From the NCBI GenBank assembly GCA_026395815.1, contig JAPLXZ010000002.1:1-63790 (forward strand): 63,790 nucleotides of DNA. Reading direction: 5' to 3'. Under the pieces are notes generated by a model, which searched no databases, was not told the origin of the DNA, and was given only the letters and a program-made list of their open reading frames with translations. Origin of the DNA: Candidatus Pacearchaeota archaeon. Its GTDB lineage: Archaea > Nanobdellota > Nanobdellia > Pacearchaeales > GW2011-AR1. Each line of letters starts with the position of its first letter. The first letter of the stretch is position 1. This document shows, one piece after another, positions 9,972 through 18,443 of the stretch. Position numbers and translations under genes: made by a program.

Positions 9972-10514
9972 TTATTCTAATAAAACAGCAACTGCAATTG
10001 TCGTTGTCCATAATCCGTCTTTGTTTCCTTCTGATGATTGGCACATGTTTGTCGTCTTGAATATCTGCCCGCTTGCTTTGTAAACCTGCTCTCTTTCTTC
10101 CCATGCTTTATCTGAATCAAATTCAATTCCTAAAGTTGTTGCAAGCATTGTTGCTGCCAAGTCCTCTGCATATTCCCCTGCTTTTTTTGCAGTTTCTCCG
10201 AATGCATGATGCTCTGACAAATAGCCGTAATTATTTTCATCCTTTGGAACTGCGATTCCAATTGCCGTCGATATTAATCTATTAGGTTCGTTAGCTTCAT
10301 TTCTTGCCATAACGCAAAAAGTTATCTGCCCTGCCGACAATAATTTAAGCCCTTCTTCTTTTGAAATGATTTTGCAACGAGGAGGAAGAATGCTTGATAC
10401 ATAAACTAAATTGCATTTTTCTATGCCTGCGTCTCTTAATGCCAATTCAAAAGAAGCCAGCCTGTCTTTATGAACGCCAACTCCTTTGGTTAAAAATAAT
10501 TTTGTTGCAATCAT
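9972..10514 (-). CDS. pdaD: Pyruvoyl-dependent arginine decarboxylase
   Basis: [25 protein letters not shown] with SS autocleavage site, YGYLSEHH; ATG at 10514. Confidence 0.93.
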   Translation of the reverse strand: MIATKLFLTKGVGVHKDRLASFELALRDAGIEKCNLVYVSSILPPRCKIISKEEGLKLLSAGQITFCVMARNEANEPNRLISTAIGIAVPKDENNYGYLSEHHAFGETAKKAGEYAEDLAATMLATTLGIEFDSDKAWEEREQVYKASGQIFKTTNMCQSSEGNKDGLWTTTIAVAVLLE

Positions 10515-10622
10515 TAGAAAGTTTAACAATGAACATTTTTAAAGGTTTTTATTCATGGCATAGTTAAAAATATAAATTGCCTTATTCCTAATTTATTTAA
10601 AGACAAGGAGATTAACTAAATA

Positions 10623-12047
10623 ATGTATAAAGAAAAATTAAAAAAAATGGGGAAGAATGAATATGAACTCCCAAGAGAAAGTAAAATGTTAGTTCCGGGG
10701 AGAATATTTATCTCTGAAAATATGAAGATAGAAGAGGATGCGTTAAAACAGGTTGCAAATGTTGCTACTTTGCCTGGTATATTGAAATATTCTATAGGAT
10801 TAGCAGACATGCATGTCGGTTATGGTTTTCCAATTGGAGGAGTTGCTGCTTTTGACGTCGAGAAAGGAGTAATAAGTCCGGGCGGTGTGGGTTATGACAT
10901 AAACTGCAGTGTCCGTTTGCTGAAAACAAATCTCAAAAAAGAAGACATTTTGAAAAAGCAAAAGGAGATTACAGAAGCTCTCTACAGAAAAATACCTTCT
11001 GGAGTAGGAAGAGGAAGCAGTTTTCAGATTAAAAAGCAGGAATTAAACAAGGTTTTGGAAGGAGGAGCAAAATATGTTGTTGAAAATCTGAAATTTGGAG
11101 TGAAAGAAGATTATTTGCATACAGAAGAAGAAGGGCAAATGAAAGATGCAAAAGCAGACAAGGTTTCAGAAAGAGCAATAAAAAGAGGAATTGGGCAGTT
11201 AGGAACATTGGGAGCAGGAAATCATTTTCTTGAAGTGCAGTATGTTGATGAAATTTTTGATGAAAAAATTGCAAAGGAATTTGGAATAAAAAAAGGACAG
11301 GTAACAATAATGATTCACTGCGGAAGTAGAGGATTAGGACATCAAGTTGCAAGCGATTATATACAAGCAATGGAAGAAGAGTATCCTGAAACAATAAAAA
11401 GCCTGCCTGACAGAGAGCTGATAAATGCGCCAATTAAAAGCAAGCTTGGAAAAGATTACTATCAGGCAATGTGCTCTGCTGTAAATTTCGCTTTTGCTAA
11501 CAAGCAAATAATCACTCATTGGATAAGAGAAGAAATGAATAGGCTTTTTCCTAATGTAAAAATAGATGTTGTTTATGATGTCTGCCATAACATTGCAAAA
11601 TTTGAGGAACATATTGTAGATGGAAAAAAGAAAATGGTTTGCGTTCATAGGAAAGGAGCTACGAGATGTTTTGGGCCAGGAAGAAAGGAAATTCCTGAAA
11701 CATACAGAAAAATAGGGCAGCCTGTGATTATTCCTGGGAGCATGGGAACTTCCTCTTATATATTAATAGGCACAAAAAAAGCAGAAGAGTTGACCTTTGG
11801 AAGCACTGTGCATGGAGCAGGAAGAGTTTCAAGCAGAAGTTTTGCATTGAGAAACTTAAGAGGAGAGGATATTAAAAAGCAATTGAATGAAAAAGGAATT
11901 GATGTAAAAGCAGGAAGCATGAATTCCCTTGCAGAAGAGGCTCCTGAAGTTTACAAAGATATTGAAGAAGTTGTTAATGTTGTTAATGAGCTCGGAATAA
12001 GCAAGAAGATTGCAAGATTAAAGCCGCTCGTTGTGATTAAGGGGTGA
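10623..12047 (+). CDS. rtcB: RNA-splicing/repair ligase RtcB
   Basis: DMHVGYGFPIGG, VGYDINC, GNHFLE, IHCGSRGLGHQ, HRKGAT, STVHGAGR, EAPEVYK. Confidence 0.97.
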   Translation: MYKEKLKKMGKNEYELPRESKMLVPGRIFISENMKIEEDALKQVANVATLPGILKYSIGLADMHVGYGFPIGGVAAFDVEKGVISPGGVGYDINCSVRLLKTNLKKEDILKKQKEITEALYRKIPSGVGRGSSFQIKKQELNKVLEGGAKYVVENLKFGVKEDYLHTEEEGQMKDAKADKVSERAIKRGIGQLGTLGAGNHFLEVQYVDEIFDEKIAKEFGIKKGQVTIMIHCGSRGLGHQVASDYIQAMEEEYPETIKSLPDRELINAPIKSKLGKDYYQAMCSAVNFAFANKQIITHWIREEMNRLFPNVKIDVVYDVCHNIAKFEEHIVDGKKKMVCVHRKGATRCFGPGRKEIPETYRKIGQPVIIPGSMGTSSYILIGTKKAEELTFGSTVHGAGRVSSRSFALRNLRGEDIKKQLNEKGIDVKAGSMNSLAEEAPEVYKDIEEVVNVVNELGISKKIARLKPLVVIKG

Positions 12048-12070
12048 GAGAAAAATTTATAAACTATTGG

Positions 12071-12082
12071 GAACTATAGTTC
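12071..12082. promoter_or_regulatory. Perfect 12-bp palindrome GAACTATAGTTC, putative TA operator
   Basis: Between the TATA-like TTTATAAA (~12056) and the antitoxin ATG (12086). Confidence 0.6.
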
Positions 12083-12085
12083 ACT

Positions 12086-12349
12086 ATGGTAACAACAATA
12101 CAAATAGATGAAAAATTAAAAGAAAGGCTTGATGAGTTAAAAGTACATCATAGAGAAACTTATAATGAGCTGATTTCAAGATTGGTAGATTCAACAAATC
12201 CAAAACGTTATAGCAGGGAAAGTTTAATCGCAACTATTGAAGTTTTATCTGATTCTGAAACAATGAAGGATATAGCGGAAGCATTAGAACAATTTGAAAG
12301 AGGCAAAGGAAAAACCCTAGAACAAGTAGAAAAAGAATTGGGATTGTAA
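12086..12349 (+). CDS. Antitoxin (RHH N-terminus, RelB/DUF7557-like)
   Basis: MVTTIQIDEKLKERLDELK..ETYNELI RHH-like; C-terminal GKGKTLEQVEKELGL; directly upstream of RelE. Confidence 0.85.
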   Translation: MVTTIQIDEKLKERLDELKVHHRETYNELISRLVDSTNPKRYSRESLIATIEVLSDSETMKDIAEALEQFERGKGKTLEQVEKELGL

Positions 12350-12350
12350 A

Positions 12351-12608
12351 ATGTATGAGATTATATTAGAAAATCCTGCTGAAAAATTTCTGAAGAAGTT
12401 AGATAAGAATACACAAAGAAGAATTATCAATAAACTGAAAGAACTTCAAGATAATCCACTAGGAATACCCTTAATAGGAAATCTTTCTGGAATGTATAAA
12501 TTAAGAATAGGGGATTACAGGACTATTTATGCAGTAAAAAATGAACAATTAATCATATTGGTTCTGAAAATAGGACACAGAAAAAATGTTTATGGTTCGT
12601 TTGAATAG
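12351..12608 (+). CDS. relE: RelE/ParE family toxin
   Basis: AEKFLKKLDK, YKLRIGDYR, KIGHRKNVY. Confidence 0.93.
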   Translation: MYEIILENPAEKFLKKLDKNTQRRIINKLKELQDNPLGIPLIGNLSGMYKLRIGDYRTIYAVKNEQLIILVLKIGHRKNVYGSFE

Positions 12609-12642
12609 ACTAATAAAACCATTAGTTGCGATTAAAGGATAA
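12607..12642 (+). pseudogene. Diverged remnant of the rtcB 3' end
   Basis: Reads RLIKPLVAIKG* versus RtcB C-terminus RLKPLVVIKG*. Confidence 0.7.
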
Positions 12643-12658
12643 TACGATTGGGGGTAGT

Positions 12659-13729
12659 TTATTCAGAATAAAAATCCATTCCCAAAATATCTTCAATCTT
12701 TTCTCTTGGCATGTATGTTGTTTCATTGACAATTTTCGCAAGTTTTTTGTCTGCAAAACCCGGCTTGTCTAATTTAATTGGAAGGCACATAAGCGTAAGT
12801 TCTGGTGGGAGAATTTTTGAATGAAATACACCAAGAATCGTGTGTTCAGATTCATGGCTTAATAATCCGGCGCCTATAATACCTCGCAAATAAATCATTC
12901 CTGCATTTATATAAGAGTCTTTATCTACCATAGATAATCCTACTCCTGCAGGATTGCCATCAATGTTTGATAAGATTATTCTTTTAAATCCGGCAATAAC
13001 AATCCAGTTCTTGTCAGGAATAATGTCCTTAATCATGTCAAAGGTTCTCTCTCTTATGCTTGTTGGTTTCCAGGAATAGTGCTTTTCTGATTGTTTTGTT
13101 GATGCATCATCTTTTTGTATTCTTATTTTTCTTCCTTCAAAAAAGAAGCCGATGTTTTCTGAATCAAGGTATTTTTTTTCAATAAAGTCCTGCTGTGCTT
13201 TTGTAATTACTGTTCCATCAAATGGATTCTTGTATATTATTTCTACTCCTTCAATATTATTTAAGTTCCATTTTCTAATCCATCCCCCTATTGCTTCCTG
13301 AGCAAAATCCACAAATTCTTCTAATCTTATTTTTTTCTTTAACAAATCTTCATAAGGAACAACTCTTACTGTCAAATCTTGGGCATCTGCTGGAGAAATT
13401 TCTATTGTCCTTACATAACTTGTTGATTCTCCTTCTTTTATTGCTCTTGCCTGCAATATCAGTTTTTGATAAAACCATCCCAAAGAAACATTAAATTCTC
13501 CGTTTGAATCTGTCATAATTTCTTTCAATAATTTTTTGTTAGAAGAATCATAAACTTTAACTGTTCCTTGTCTTTCTGAATCTGTCTCATTATCCTGCAA
13601 TTGCCCTGAAATTTTTGAAAAATATACATTCCCGCAACTTGCAAATGAAATAGAAGATAATAGAAGAGCTAAACTTGCTGTCTTGATTAAACTTTTCTTT
13701 AATTTGCTAATCAAAGAAGACTTCTGCAT
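12659..13729 (-). CDS. Secreted/lipoprotein zinc metallopeptidase (metzincin-like) with N-terminal beta-sandwich domain
   Basis: Lipobox-like FASC; HESEHTILGVFH zinc motif followed by TLM Met-turn-like. Confidence 0.65.
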   Translation of the reverse strand: MQKSSLISKLKKSLIKTASLALLLSSISFASCGNVYFSKISGQLQDNETDSERQGTVKVYDSSNKKLLKEIMTDSNGEFNVSLGWFYQKLILQARAIKEGESTSYVRTIEISPADAQDLTVRVVPYEDLLKKKIRLEEFVDFAQEAIGGWIRKWNLNNIEGVEIIYKNPFDGTVITKAQQDFIEKKYLDSENIGFFFEGRKIRIQKDDASTKQSEKHYSWKPTSIRERTFDMIKDIIPDKNWIVIAGFKRIILSNIDGNPAGVGLSMVDKDSYINAGMIYLRGIIGAGLLSHESEHTILGVFHSKILPPELTLMCLPIKLDKPGFADKKLAKIVNETTYMPREKIEDILGMDFYSE

Positions 13730-13909
13730 GAGTTTTTGAAATATCTATCTATTTATATTATTTATTGCTGCAAGGTATATTTCTTATTGTTGCAAGAATC
13801 ATAGCCAAAAAATCTTTTCTGATTCAAATTTAAATGAATTTAGAATGATGCAGAAGGTTTTAGCAACGGCAATATTTATAAATCCTTTTTGACTATAATA
13901 AACATAAAA

Positions 13910-16900
13910 ATGAGGATGAAAAAAGGTTTTTTATTTGTAGTGCTAATTGCAGTAATGATTGTTTTTAGTGCTGCGCTTGTTAGTGCTGTTTGTTATTCTG
14001 GTGCAGACTTTACCAACTATGGATGTACATGCTCTGGTGGAGGTACTGCTGGCAGGCAAACCTGCACAACTTATGATTGTTATAGTGACTATGATTATAC
14101 ATATCTTTATTCTTATGACAGTTGCGGTTCTTGCTATTCTTGTACTTATCCTTGCACTCCTTCTTACACTTATGGATGCAGTGGAAATTATATAACACGA
14201 TACAATTCTTGCACTTATTCTACCGATTATTATTATCAATACTGTAGCTATGGCTGTTCAGGAGGAGCATGCTCAAGTTGCAGTCCGACTTACACTTATG
14301 GATGCAGTGGAGATTATGTAACACGAAGAAACTCCTGTACTGGTGTTACAGATAATTATTTTGAATACTGTAGCGGTGGTGGTTGTTATGGTGGGTCATG
14401 TTGTTACGACGATTGCACTAGCGCTTCATGCACTAGTGGCACATATTACAGTTGTTACGATAGTGATAGTGATACTTGTCTGGAAAAGGTTAGTGCAGGT
14501 ACTTGTACATACTTATATGGATCCACATCTACATGTTATAATAATGCTTGTTGTACTCCTGAGAGTTCATCAGTAACCTGTGCCGGCGGAAAAACCGGAA
14601 CACAAACAAATAATTGCGGACAGAGTGTAAACTGTGGAACAGGATGTACTCCCCAAGCATCTTCTAACTGTGTTGGCAATGATATTTATTGGTTTGATTC
14701 TTGCGGTGTTCAGGGAGCTTTAAAAACAGATTGTCCAGCATGCAGCACAGGAACAGGATGTACCAGTGGAAGTGGAGGAACATGCTGTTGTCCTTTAACA
14801 TGTGCTGCAAAACAAGCACAAACTCCTTGTGGAACTACTGTTGGAACTTCATGTGGTACTGCCGTATGTGCAGCAGGAACAAAAGGAACACAATGCAGTA
14901 CTGGAACTTGCAATCCTACTACAGGACTATGTGAAACTGCTTGCGTTCCTAACTGTAATTGTGCCTCTAGCATTTGCTCTGCGAACAGTTGTCTAAACTC
15001 TTGTGGTACAGGGCAGTGTGTTGGAACAAAAGATTCAACTTGTACACAAGGTTATATTTGCGATGGTGATACAAATACTTGCAAATTGGCAGCAGGACAA
15101 CCAGACGATACTTATAATTGTGACCCTGTACCTGGAACAACAACAAGAATATGTACATCGGGAACAAAATGTGCTGGAAGTTCTTTAATTAATTGTGTAT
15201 GTGAAAGAACAGCAATTGACACGATACACGGTGTTTGGAATTGGGTTTGTGGTAGTAGCAGTATATGTGATCTTTGTACAAATTGCCCAACCAGTCCAGC
15301 ATGTGTGACTACTTGTATTCCTGATTGTGTTGGAAAACTTTATTGTGCTGATGACGGATGCAATAACGGAGGAAAATGTTATCAAAGTCTTTGTGTTGCT
15401 GGCTGTGTAGGAAATTGCTGCCCTTATACATGTTCAGAAGCAAAAGCTAACAAAGCCGATCCAGGGTGTGCTACACAATATCAAAGTTGTGGTGTGACTT
15501 TATCTGGTTGTTATGGACACTATTGTGCTCCTGGAACTACTTGCAATACTGCTACACATACATGTGGTGGAACTGGTTGTGTTCCTTCTGGCTTATTTGA
15601 TCACTATGAATGTTCAGGAGATTGGTTAGAAGAACATGATAATTGCGGTGTTATTCCTGGCGCATCAACTTATTGCACTTATGGTTGTTCTAACGGAGCA
15701 TGTAATCCTAATCCATGTCCTCCTGGTAGTCCTCCATATAGTTATGTTTGTTCAGGAAATTGGTTAGAAAAACATGATAGCTGTGGAGATGTTATTCCTG
15801 GTGAATCAACCTATTGCACTCTTGGTTGCAATCCTGTAACTAACACATGCAATCTCTGTAATCCAAGTTGTGCTTGTTCTTCAAATATCTGTGTTGGAAG
15901 CACTTGTTCAGGTACATGTGGTGCTGGAACTTGTCCCGGAACAAAAACTACTGACGAATGCTGTAAAGTTACTGATACTTGTGCTACACTTAAATGTCTT
16001 GATTCTAAGACTGTTCAATGTGTTAATAATTGCGGAACTTCTGGCATGACATACGATTGTGCTCCAGGATTAACTTGTTCTGGAGGAAGATGTAGTTGTA
16101 CTATTACTAACCCATGTGCTTCAAGAATTTGCAGTGATTCTACTCACTGGCAGTGTCTTGATAATTGTAATAATCCTGGCACTCAAACAGCTTGTCCTTC
16201 TGGACAAACTTGTTCTGGAGGAGTATGCAGTTGTGTTCCTAGCACTTATAGTTATGCTTGTTCTGTAAAAACAAACATAAGAACAGACAATTGTGGAAAT
16301 ACAGACATGTGGGTTTGCAATACCAATGAAAACTGTGTTCCAACAGGCACAAGATGTGTTGCTACTTCATGCACAGATACTTGTGGAACTTACGGATTTA
16401 ATTGTGGAACTCATAATTCTTGCGGTGTAGGCGAAATTTGTGGAAATTGTGCTTTTGGACAGACTTGTACTAATCCATTTGGCGGAACATGCATAGGTTG
16501 CCTTCCAGCAAGTGGTTGTGCTTCTCATGGATATACTTGTGGGACTCATGTTGACTCATGTGGAACAGCTGAAGTTTGTCAGCCAGGTTGTGGAACAGGA
16601 CAAACATGCACAAATCCATCAGGCGGAACATGTGTATCTACTGCATGCACAGATACTTGTGCTACTAATGGATTTGATTGTGGAACTTATACTTCTCCTT
16701 CTCCCCTTTGCGGCGGAGTTCCAGAACCTTGTGGAAATTGTGTTTTTGGACAAACTTGTACTAATTCATTAGGTGGAACATGTGTAGCTTGCACAAGCGG
16801 TTGCAGTTCTCATGGATATGAATGTGGAACTCATGTTAACTCGTGTGGAACTCCCGAACCATGCGGAACTTGCCCAACAGGAAAAATCTGCAGTGATTTG

Positions 16901-18361
16901 AATAATGGTGGAGCATGCAACTGGAATCCAGAAGCATACTGGACAAATTTAAATGGAGATAGCATTACAAGCATAAGTGTAGTAAAAGGTTCAAATACTC
17001 AAGTAAATATGGTCTTAAAATATACAGGATTAACTACTGGAGCAATTAACTTTGAAATTTGGGAAGACCTCCTTTTTGACAAGCTTGTCACTCAACTTAG
17101 TGAAACAATCACAAATGGGGATTCAACAAAAACATGGACTATAACTGACACAGATTTGGATGCTATAGGCTCTGGAGTTTCTGATGTTCACTTCACTGTT
17201 AAGTCAGGAACAAGTGAGGTAAAGACAAGCGGAAATCTTCAGATAACTGTTTTAGACCAAGAAATTTGCTATAATATAAATATTTGTGGAGATTACTCTG
17301 ACCAAGGTAATTGTAATTCTGATCCTTGTGAGGTTGCTTACAGCACTGTAATGGACTTGTATCCTGAAGTAACTTGCGGAAGCAATGGATACAATTGCGC
17401 TTGTTTTTGGGATAATGATAATGTCTGCAAAGGCATGTGGGACAAAGCGAATGACGGAGTTTGTGGAGATTCAGAAATCAATTCAGGAGAACAATGCGAT
17501 GGAAGCAATTGGGGGAGTATTATAGGATGTGGTAACTTTAATGACTTCATAGGAGGAACTCTTGCTTGTGATAGTACATGTGAATTTGACACTTCTGCTT
17601 GCACAGGAGGAACACCAGGAGGAACATGCGGAGATGGAACAATAAACACAGGAGAAGCATGTGATGGAAGCGATTGGGGAAGTATTACAGGGTGTGGTGA
17701 CTTTGATGACTTCGAGAGTGGAACTCTTGTTTGTGATAGCAATTGCCAGTTTGATACTTCTTCATGTGTAAGACCTACTGCGTGCGGGGATGGAATAATT
17801 GATTCGGGAGAGCAGTGTGAAACTAATGCTGACTTAACTGGATCTAGCTGTTCTGATTTCGATGAATTCACAGGAGGAACTTTATCCTGCGTAAATTGTA
17901 TGATTAGCACAACAGCATGCATAGGAGGAATAAACGGAATTTGTGGAGATGGAACAATAAATACAGGAGAGCAGTGTGAAACTAATGCTGATGCAAATGA
18001 GTTTAGCTGCACTGACTTTGGTGATTTCACAACAGGAACTCTATCATGCAAGAACTGTATGATTAACACAACTGCATGCGGAAGAGGAACTTCTCTTGGA
18101 ACATGTCATATCAATCAATTAGTAGAGAAAGAGTGCGACGAAGAACCTAATATTGGATTCAAGAATGTAAAATGGAACGGAACATGGACAGGAGAAGCAG
18201 GAACATACAAGGATAGATGTGAAGAAGGAGGAATAAGAACAATACAATGCGCTGCACAAGTGCAACTTCCATTCTTTGGATTTTATAGTGTGATTGCAAC
18301 ATCAATCCTTATTGCATTAATTTACATCTTTATAATTTCCAAGAGAAAGAAGAAGCATTAA
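13910..18361 (+). CDS. Giant Cys-rich repeat surface protein with C-terminal membrane anchor
   Basis: Signal peptide MRMKKGFLFVVLIA..VSA; several Cys repeat types, including CGDGTINTGEQC (Myxococcus Cys-rich/DUF4215-like); LPFF-TM-KRKKKH tail. Confidence 0.88.
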   Translation: MRMKKGFLFVVLIAVMIVFSAALVSAVCYSGADFTNYGCTCSGGGTAGRQTCTTYDCYSDYDYTYLYSYDSCGSCYSCTYPCTPSYTYGCSGNYITRYNSCTYSTDYYYQYCSYGCSGGACSSCSPTYTYGCSGDYVTRRNSCTGVTDNYFEYCSGGGCYGGSCCYDDCTSASCTSGTYYSCYDSDSDTCLEKVSAGTCTYLYGSTSTCYNNACCTPESSSVTCAGGKTGTQTNNCGQSVNCGTGCTPQASSNCVGNDIYWFDSCGVQGALKTDCPACSTGTGCTSGSGGTCCCPLTCAAKQAQTPCGTTVGTSCGTAVCAAGTKGTQCSTGTCNPTTGLCETACVPNCNCASSICSANSCLNSCGTGQCVGTKDSTCTQGYICDGDTNTCKLAAGQPDDTYNCDPVPGTTTRICTSGTKCAGSSLINCVCERTAIDTIHGVWNWVCGSSSICDLCTNCPTSPACVTTCIPDCVGKLYCADDGCNNGGKCYQSLCVAGCVGNCCPYTCSEAKANKADPGCATQYQSCGVTLSGCYGHYCAPGTTCNTATHTCGGTGCVPSGLFDHYECSGDWLEEHDNCGVIPGASTYCTYGCSNGACNPNPCPPGSPPYSYVCSGNWLEKHDSCGDVIPGESTYCTLGCNPVTNTCNLCNPSCACSSNICVGSTCSGTCGAGTCPGTKTTDECCKVTDTCATLKCLDSKTVQCVNNCGTSGMTYDCAPGLTCSGGRCSCTITNPCASRICSDSTHWQCLDNCNNPGTQTACPSGQTCSGGVCSCVPSTYSYACSVKTNIRTDNCGNTDMWVCNTNENCVPTGTRCVATSCTDTCGTYGFNCGTHNSCGVGEICGNCAFGQTCTNPFGGTCIGCLPASGCASHGYTCGTHVDSCGTAEVCQPGCGTGQTCTNPSGGTCVSTACTDTCATNGFDCGTYTSPSPLCGGVPEPCGNCVFGQTCTNSLGGTCVACTSGCSSHGYECGTHVNSCGTPEPCGTCPTGKICSDLNNGGACNWNPEAYWTNLNGDSITSISVVKGSNTQVNMVLKYTGLTTGAINFEIWEDLLFDKLVTQLSETITNGDSTKTWTITDTDLDAIGSGVSDVHFTVKSGTSEVKTSGNLQITVLDQEICYNINICGDYSDQGNCNSDPCEVAYSTVMDLYPEVTCGSNGYNCACFWDNDNVCKGMWDKANDGVCGDSEINSGEQCDGSNWGSIIGCGNFNDFIGGTLACDSTCEFDTSACTGGTPGGTCGDGTINTGEACDGSDWGSITGCGDFDDFESGTLVCDSNCQFDTSSCVRPTACGDGIIDSGEQCETNADLTGSSCSDFDEFTGGTLSCVNCMISTTACIGGINGICGDGTINTGEQCETNADANEFSCTDFGDFTTGTLSCKNCMINTTACGRGTSLGTCHINQLVEKECDEEPNIGFKNVKWNGTWTGEAGTYKDRCEEGGIRTIQCAAQVQLPFFGFYSVIATSILIALIYIFIISKRKKKH

Positions 18362-18443
18362 AGAAATCAATAAAGTAGCATAATCCTTTTCCTTATACAA
18401 CAAATATTTATAAATACTTTTTAACTTATATTACTGATAAAAG

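Noticed and set aside
17338-18069. 243-aa antisense ORF and the many other short antisense ORFs in the track
   Set aside because: Antisense shadows of well-supported genes, arising from codon bias and repeats
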